Assembly: GCA_030390025.1 (NCBI GenBank)
Contig: CM059433.1
Span: 14,882,001 to 14,946,000, forward strand
Direction of reading: 5' to 3'
DNA length: 64,000 nt
DNA from: Squalus acanthias
Taxonomy: Eukaryota
Under the pieces are notes generated by a model. It had not been told where the DNA came from and ran no database searches. It worked only from the letters and a program-made list of their open reading frames with translations. How positions within the stretch are numbered: position 1 is the stretch's first letter; the number at the start of each line of letters is the position of its first letter. Below, piece by piece: positions 57,086 through 64,000 of this stretch. Position numbers and translations under genes: made by a program.

Positions 57086-58541
57086 AAGTGCATGCAACGT
57101 TAGTTAAGCCAGGATGAGGAGACGATTAAAGAAAGAATGAAAACAATTATGATAGCAACACGCCAAGGGCATCCCCAGAGGAACAGCTAAGCATTCCAGA
57201 GGAAGGCAAGGCTACAGTTGCCAGATTACTAATAGGGAATGGTTGTGTGTTTTTAAGGGGTGAATTTGCACGGTGGTTCTCCCGCTCAGCCACCATGACT
57301 TCAGTGGAAGAGCCATGAAAACCCTGGAAAAACGTCCTAAAGGCCAATTATGTTGTTTTTCCCCAGGGTTTCTGCAGCCCTTCTACCAAAGTTACAGTGG
57401 ACGAGCGGGAGAATCCCCATGGAATTCACCCCATTTCAATTTCTGAGGAATATGCCAATGTTGAAACTTCTCACTGACAGGATTGAATAGGGACCATAAT
57501 CCTAACCTTGCTAAGTCACTCTGCAATCAGCCATTGAATATAGTTCTGTAATAGCGACAATAAACAAAAACCACAATTGAAAATCACCTCAAATCCGACA
57601 ATGCTACAGTAAGAGATCAGGCGAGCCAAGCAGAAATTCTGCTTCAAGCAGTTTACCAATAATTGACGACCAACTATAATTTGTTGGCTTATTCTGGTGT
57701 CCATTTTCGAAAAGAGAAGACACATTTACCACCTTCCAGTCCTCTGGCACTATTTCCCTATTCACAGAATTTTGGAAAATTATAGTCAGAACCTCCACTA
57801 TTTTTTTCCTTAGCTTCCCAAGTATCTTCAGATCAAAATTAATCAGGTTGAATAATAACCTCCACTGACTTTTACATCCATCTCTCACAATCCTAAAATC
57901 CACTTCCTCGGAAGCAAAGCACTTACTTAATGTATTTGCATTCCCCAACCTCCATTATAAGTTATCCCCCTTTATCTCTTTGTGGCCTTAATCCAATCTT
58001 GATTGTCATCTTACTATTAAGGAGCCTATAGAAAATCTTGTTTTATTGCTCTGTGTTTTGACTAATTTTCTCCCATATTCCCTTTTGCCCTTTCTAATCT
58101 CCCATTTTCTAGATTTCCTACATTCATTATTATATTTGTCCTGACTTTCATATTTATTACCTTCCATGTCTTTTATTAACTTAAAATTTTATCTAACCAC
58201 TCTATTCAAACGTTGAACCCCAGCCTACGATGCACTCCCTTTTCCCCTACTGGAACACATTTGATTTACAAGCTTCCCATTTCCTGTTTAATACATCCCT
58301 TTGCTGATGTTTTTTTTTATTCATGGGATGTGGGCGTCGCTGAGAAGGCCAGCATTTATTGCCCATCCCTAATTGCCCTTGAGAAGGTGGTGGTGAGCCG
58401 CCTTCTTAAACCGCTGCAGTCCGTGTGGTGAAGGTGCTCCCACAGTGCTGACTTTATTGTAGTGGTTTGGTACAACTGAATGGCTTGCTAGGCCATTTCA
58501 GAGAGCAGTTAAGAGTCAACCACATTGCTGTGGGTCTGGAG

Positions 58542-59325
58542 AACATAAGAACATAAGAAACAGGAGCAGCAGTTGGCCATTTGGCCCTTCGAGCCTGCTG
58601 CGCCATTAAATAAGATCATGGCTGATCTTCTACCTCATCTCCACTTTCCTGCACTACCCCCATATCCCTTGATTCCCTTAATATTCAACAATCTATCAAT
58701 CTCTGTCTTGAATATACTCAACGACTGAGCCTCCACAGCCCTCTGGGGTAGAGAATTCCAAAGATTCACCACCCTCTGCGTGAAGAAATTTCTCCTCATC
58801 TCAGTCCTAAATGGCCGACCCCTTATTCTGAGATTGTGACCCCTGGTTCTAGACTCCCCAGCCAGGGGAAACATCCTCCCTGCATCTATCCTGTCAAGCC
58901 CTGTAAGAATTTTGTATGTTTCAATGAGATCACCTCTCATTCTTCTAAACTCCAGAGAATATAGGCCTAGTCTACTCAGGGCAATCCCCCCATCCCAGGA
59001 CTCAGTCTGGTGAACCTTCGTTGCACTCCCTCTATGGCAAGTATATCCTTCCTTGGGTAAGGAGACCAAAACTGTACACAATACTCCAGGTGGGACCCTA
59101 TAGAATTGCAGTAAGACGTCTTTACTCTTATACTCAAACCCTCTTGTAATAAAGGCCAACATACCATTTGCTTTCCTAATTGCTTGCTGTACCTGCATGT
59201 TAACTTTCAGTGATTCGTGTACAAGGACACCCAGGTCCCTCTGAAAACCAACATTTCCCAATCTCTCACCATTTAAAAAATACTCTGCTTTTCTTACCAA
59301 AGTGGATAACTTCACATTTCTCCAT
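58542..59325 (-). mobile_element. HER1/CR1 3' fragment
   Basis: LGLYSLEFRRMRGDLIETYKIL; (CATAAGAA)n tail. Confidence 0.88.
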
Positions 59326-59576
59326 ATAGGCCAGACTAGTTAAGGACAGCAGATTTCCTTCCCTAAAGGACATTAGTGAACCAGTTGGGTTTTTCCCCAA
59401 CAATTTGGTAGTTTCAGAGTCACCATTACAGATATTAGCTTTTTTAATTCCAGATTTATTTAATTAACTGAATTTAAATTCCCCAACTGCCAGTGTGGTG
59501 ATTTGAACTCAAAGATCATTGGATTATTAGTCCAGATCTCTGGATTACTAGTCCAGTAACATAACCACTATGCTAC

Positions 59577-61310
59577 TTTAAAGTTTCGCAATTATCGCGA
59601 TTCAAAACAACAAGATAGAAGCAGATTCGTTTGATCAGTTTATTTAAACGAAATGCTGTCATGATTAAAAAGGACACAGAAGCCTGTAAAATGGCCGCCG
59701 CGCATCGTGGCAGAAGCTTCCAGAATTACAGTGGGCAGACAAGATGGCGTTCGAATAAACATTTCAATATAAGACGGGATCATACTCGATAAACACTGAT
59801 AAAGACAGGATGCAACCTGTTTGCATTTGTGACAATAGCAAAAGATATGAGTGCTGGAATCGTTTTCCATGCACAAGTAAGGACCATTGTACTGGGCAAT
59901 CGAAGGCCCATCCAGACACATCAACACACAAATACCCCCACGGCTCTACAATGAGAGAGACATCGACGGGTGATTAAGCAAGCATTCGGGGGCCCCCAAA
60001 GCCCAGCCAGGGAGGCTCCTAGCCAGTTCAACAATGGGGAAAACATTAACGGGTAGTTGGCCAGTTTCAGGTGCTACCGAAACCCGTTAAGGAAAGAATC
60101 GCCCCATGCTGGGAGTTTTGAGCGCCAATATTTCACAAAGGACAAACATTAAGATTTGGGCGGGAGATAAGGGAACACAGCACTATAACTATAGTGAACA
60201 AATGTCCATCGCTCTCTTATTCTCTTATCTCGCTGCTGACTGCTGAGGGTTTATTCTCTTATTCCCTTGATTCGACTCCTGACTCGCTCGATCGCGGGCT
60301 GAAGCTCTTCTCTAGGGCTGGACTCTATTGACTCTGGACTTTTAGCCGTACTGGATGGTTATTCGAATGTTGGGTGGAGCTCTATCGGAACGAGCCGCCT
60401 CGACAAGGGCAAGTGCACCATCCCGAGAGTCGGTAAACGGTGTCTGGACCCGAAGGCCCAACAAGACAAGACGAAATGACAAGAGAAGAAGAAGAATCCA
60501 CGTGCCGCCGCGGTCAGTAAACTCCGACCGCGCCCGAAAATATAGGACCCACTTCTTGAATTCTACAGGTTATTGCACGAACCGGTTTTGGGCCCATCGA
60601 ATCCCTCATAACAACAAGAAAGACTCTTCTTTGAATTCTACCGACAACTGGTGTCGGTACAGGAAGACTTTTCTTTGAGTTCTACAGCCGGGCCCGAGTT
60701 CTGTCGAGTTCTTCATGACAACGGGGAGCCCAGCCTGCTTGCCGCAGCAGCGAAGATAAACAAGTGGGGTACATAGACCCCTCCAAACACGTGACAGTCA
60801 GGCGCTGCAGCGAAACGAGCTGAGTGCCTCACTTTAAAATTCTCCGAAGTATCACGAGTGGTGAGCATGTTTCCCGATCCTACAAATCTAGATGTAGTGT
60901 AGGTATTGATAGGGGAGGGTGGTTTTATTAAGGATAAAGTATAATGTGTTCCCCTTTTTACGATGTGCCGTGCGTTCTTCATTACCATAGACCAAGCTTT
61001 ATGAATGTATGTATACTTGTACTCTCGTTAATTTGCGCCTATGACATGTACTTCATGATTTTGGACGCTATGCAATAAAGATTTCCATTTCGTACTATTC
61101 AACCGGGTCTATTTGAGTTTTTCTCTGCATTACTGCTCTCGCACCTAAGTCCAGTGTTAGAACCGTAAGGGCGAGTGGGTCGAACCACTCACAGGTGCTT
61201 ATTGCAACAAGGCTGGCCGGAGACCAGAGCAAGCAATAGCATTAGGCAACGAAGGCCTAACCTCACACCAGCACCGTCTGTGATACAAGCACGACAAAAA
61301 AAACCTTACA
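59577..61310 (+). mobile_element. Solo LTR of the provirus family; CTAC target duplication
   Basis: Highly similar to the provirus LTRs; 5' TG mutated to TT; ends CCTTACA. Confidence 0.93.
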
Positions 61311-62392
61311 CTACCAAAGTCTATTTGGCATGTTTTCTGCAATTCAGTCTGAACAAGGTTCCTTTTCACCTTATTATAAGTTGACTTTCCCCAGTCAAGT
61401 ACCATTGCCCATGACTTTTTTTCCCCTTTTTTAAAATTCTTACACTACATTATATTATAGTCACTGTTTTCCCAAATGTTGCCCTACTTTTCGGTTCCCT
61501 ACTGATTCTGCTCATCACCCAGGACCTAATAGGGCTTCTTCCTTGTTAAAGGTGGAACATATTGACTGAGAAAACAGTCCTGAACATAATGCAAAAAAAA
61601 CCCAGACCTTTACTGTGTGCAACATTTTGCTTTTGTGTCTATAATTCATTGATTATTGGGGATAATTTTCTGAGAGTCCAAGGTGACTGAGAAGTTATGA
61701 TTGAGGTAATTTTTGATTTGAGGTGATTTTCAATTGTGACCTGTGTTGCTCTATAAAAAGGCTGCCACATCTATAGAATACTCTATGTTAGACCGTGAAA
61801 AGTTAGACATAAAGGGGGAAAAATGAATACAAACTCTAATTTTGTGCATGGTTCTCATTGCCAGTACTCCAGAACCAGGATAGTCACCACCAACAAATAT
61901 TTCTATAGCACCTTCAATGTAGGAAACATTAAGATGCTTTACGGAGGGAGAAAGCAAAAAAAAATGAATAGATAAAGGAATGGAGGGAGAGATTAGGAAA
62001 GGTAACTGAATTTTTGCTTGAGAAGATGGATTTTATGAAGGTTTATAAAGATGGAGAGAGGATAGGTGGAGGGGTTTGAGGAAGGAATTCCAGCGTACAC
62101 AGCCTAAACAGCCAGAACCTCTGTCACCAAGAGTGGGGTAAAGGGAGGGGGTGATCCAGGGAAGCCCAGAGTTGCAAATCCAAAAGGGTGAAAGATGGAT
62201 ATAGATTGGGGTGAGGCTGTGAGTTTTAAATTTAGCAAATTGGGGACTGGATACCAATGTAGATCAGCAAGGACAGGGATGATGGACGAGCAGGATAAAT
62301 ACAGGACAAGAAATGGACAGTTGTGTTTTTGGGCCAGTTGGTGTTTATTAGGGTGAAGGATGAGGCACCTGAAGAAGAATATTAGAGAACTC

Positions 62393-64000
62393 GGGCTGGA
62401 TTTTACCAACCTCAATGGGTCCATGGCGGGCGAAGTCAGTGGCGGGTCCCAGTCTCGCTGCCGGCTCCAGCCGGCTGTCAAAATTATTTTCCCTTGATTG
62501 GGCTTGTTAAGCCCGCCCAGCACGGTTTCTAGCCAATTGAAGGAAGCAGATGATGACGTCATTTGATGATGTGTCATCAGCCAGTTTCCTTAAAGGGACC
62601 ATGCGCAAATTGATTTTGACATTTGTGCTGTCAGTGTTCTACAACATTGAGGTGCTGCAAACACTGATGTGTACTGCACAGAGGTGCACGGCTGCACCCA
62701 GGCTCTCCCATTACTCCCTCCATATGCTTATTGAGGGAGTCACAGCACGCAGGGAGGTTCTCTTCCCTTCCAATGGGCGGAAGAGACCTCCCCAGGAGAT
62801 CAATGCAGCCTGGTTGCACATTGCAGAGGAGGGCACAACCAGGGATGTCGTCAGGAGGACCAGGCTGCAGTGACGCAAACCTTTCAATGATCTCAGTAGA
62901 TCACGAAACGTTACTGCAAAGCCACACTCAAACTCATCCTGCTGTGCATTCATAACATCCCCATCACTCTGCCTTCCCTACCCTACTCCTGCACATCCTT
63001 ACTCACACCAAATTACCTTGCACCTCCACCCATCCCTCTCTATCTACTTTATCACTTCCCCATCTCACTAGCCACCCCTCACACTCACCCTCATTCTTGT
63101 CCAATCATACCAACTAACAACACACAAGGGTGGGCACTTGGGTGTTTTATACAATGTTCATGTAAAGTTTCTGTTAATGTGATGTCAACCATTAAAACCT
63201 TTATTTTCACACTTTGCATTCTTGGACAGAAATGTGTGCACCTTTGGAAGTGGCTTAGTGAGTTGCAGTGAATGGTGAGACATAACGTTACCCCCCGCAA
63301 TGGTCATGAGTGTGAAAGGAATGGCTTGGGCATTATAGGGATGCTTTATGGTGCTGGTGTGGGGTGGGGCCAACCGAGTGCATCATGTGGCAACCAGGGT
63401 GTACAGCATCAAGTGAAGTAAATCTGGCCATGATGAGGCCATCCCTGGCCTCCCAGGCAACAATGTGATCGGGTGCTGATGCCCTCTGTCCTGTGCAGCA
63501 TCAGTTGATTGTGGAGAAGATTGGTGTTGTTGTTGGTGCTGCTGGTGTGCCTGGTGCTGCTGGTGTTGGGGCTGATCATGGTGGGCTTCTGAGGATCAAG
63601 GTGAGATAGTTTCAAGGGCACTGATGCTGCTGTAATAGATTGCAGGTGAAGTTGAGATGACAGAAGCGATCTGTCAATGGTGAGAGAGGTTGTTCCAATG
63701 AAGGTGACACTGGATAGAGAGTTTACTCCAAACACTTGCAACCTGCATAAAGCTCAATCTGTCTTCCAAATGCAGTAAGCAACAGCTTCTGAGCTTGGAA
63801 AGTGAACAACTGTGAGATGGGAGCTTTTGTAGCACATTTGCAGCTGTCAAGTAATAAGATAAGTCCATGGTCATACAACTCCTGACCTGCTTACCTGACG
63901 TGATCCCTGAGCAGCGTGGACCCCATGGGCGACCTCATAAAATATAAAGGTGAGCTCAAAATACTTCTTAATGGGCTGTTAACAAGGTCATAATGACCTG
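62393..64000. pseudogene. Decayed Harbinger element (Myb exon 1 on +, transposase remnants on -)
   Basis: GGGCTGGATTTT start; APRLSHYSLHMLIEGVTARREVLFPSNGRKR; 63180-63620 homologous to 51400-51700 and 52920-53070. Confidence 0.7.

Overview
Eukaryotic, transposon-saturated vertebrate DNA, most likely shark: it carries HE1-like V-SINE, SacSINE1-like DeuSINE and HER1/CR1 LINE sequences. I could not support any host protein-coding exon. Main contents: (1) an apparently intact two-gene PIF/Harbinger DNA transposon (1-3845) with many MITE and decayed relatives; (2) a near-complete 14.3-kb provirus on the - strand (19278-33590) with 1680-bp LTRs, a CCAT target duplication, a tRNA-Arg PBS, gag and pol joined by an in-frame UGA-CUAG stop, two RNase H domains, an extra ORF, and an env that joins an Ig-like domain to a paramyxo/pneumovirus F-like fusion protein. 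This layout fits a lokiretrovirus-type element; a CR1 insertion cuts env just before its membrane anchor. (3) Two solo LTRs of that group; (4) a foamy-virus-like integrase and 3' LTR remnant (about 39379-42440); (5) a five-level nested insertion stack (42447-50935); (6) Penelope-like fragments and small elements with minimal hammerhead ribozyme cores. All alignments, identities and family calls were made by eye or from memory and need computational confirmation.
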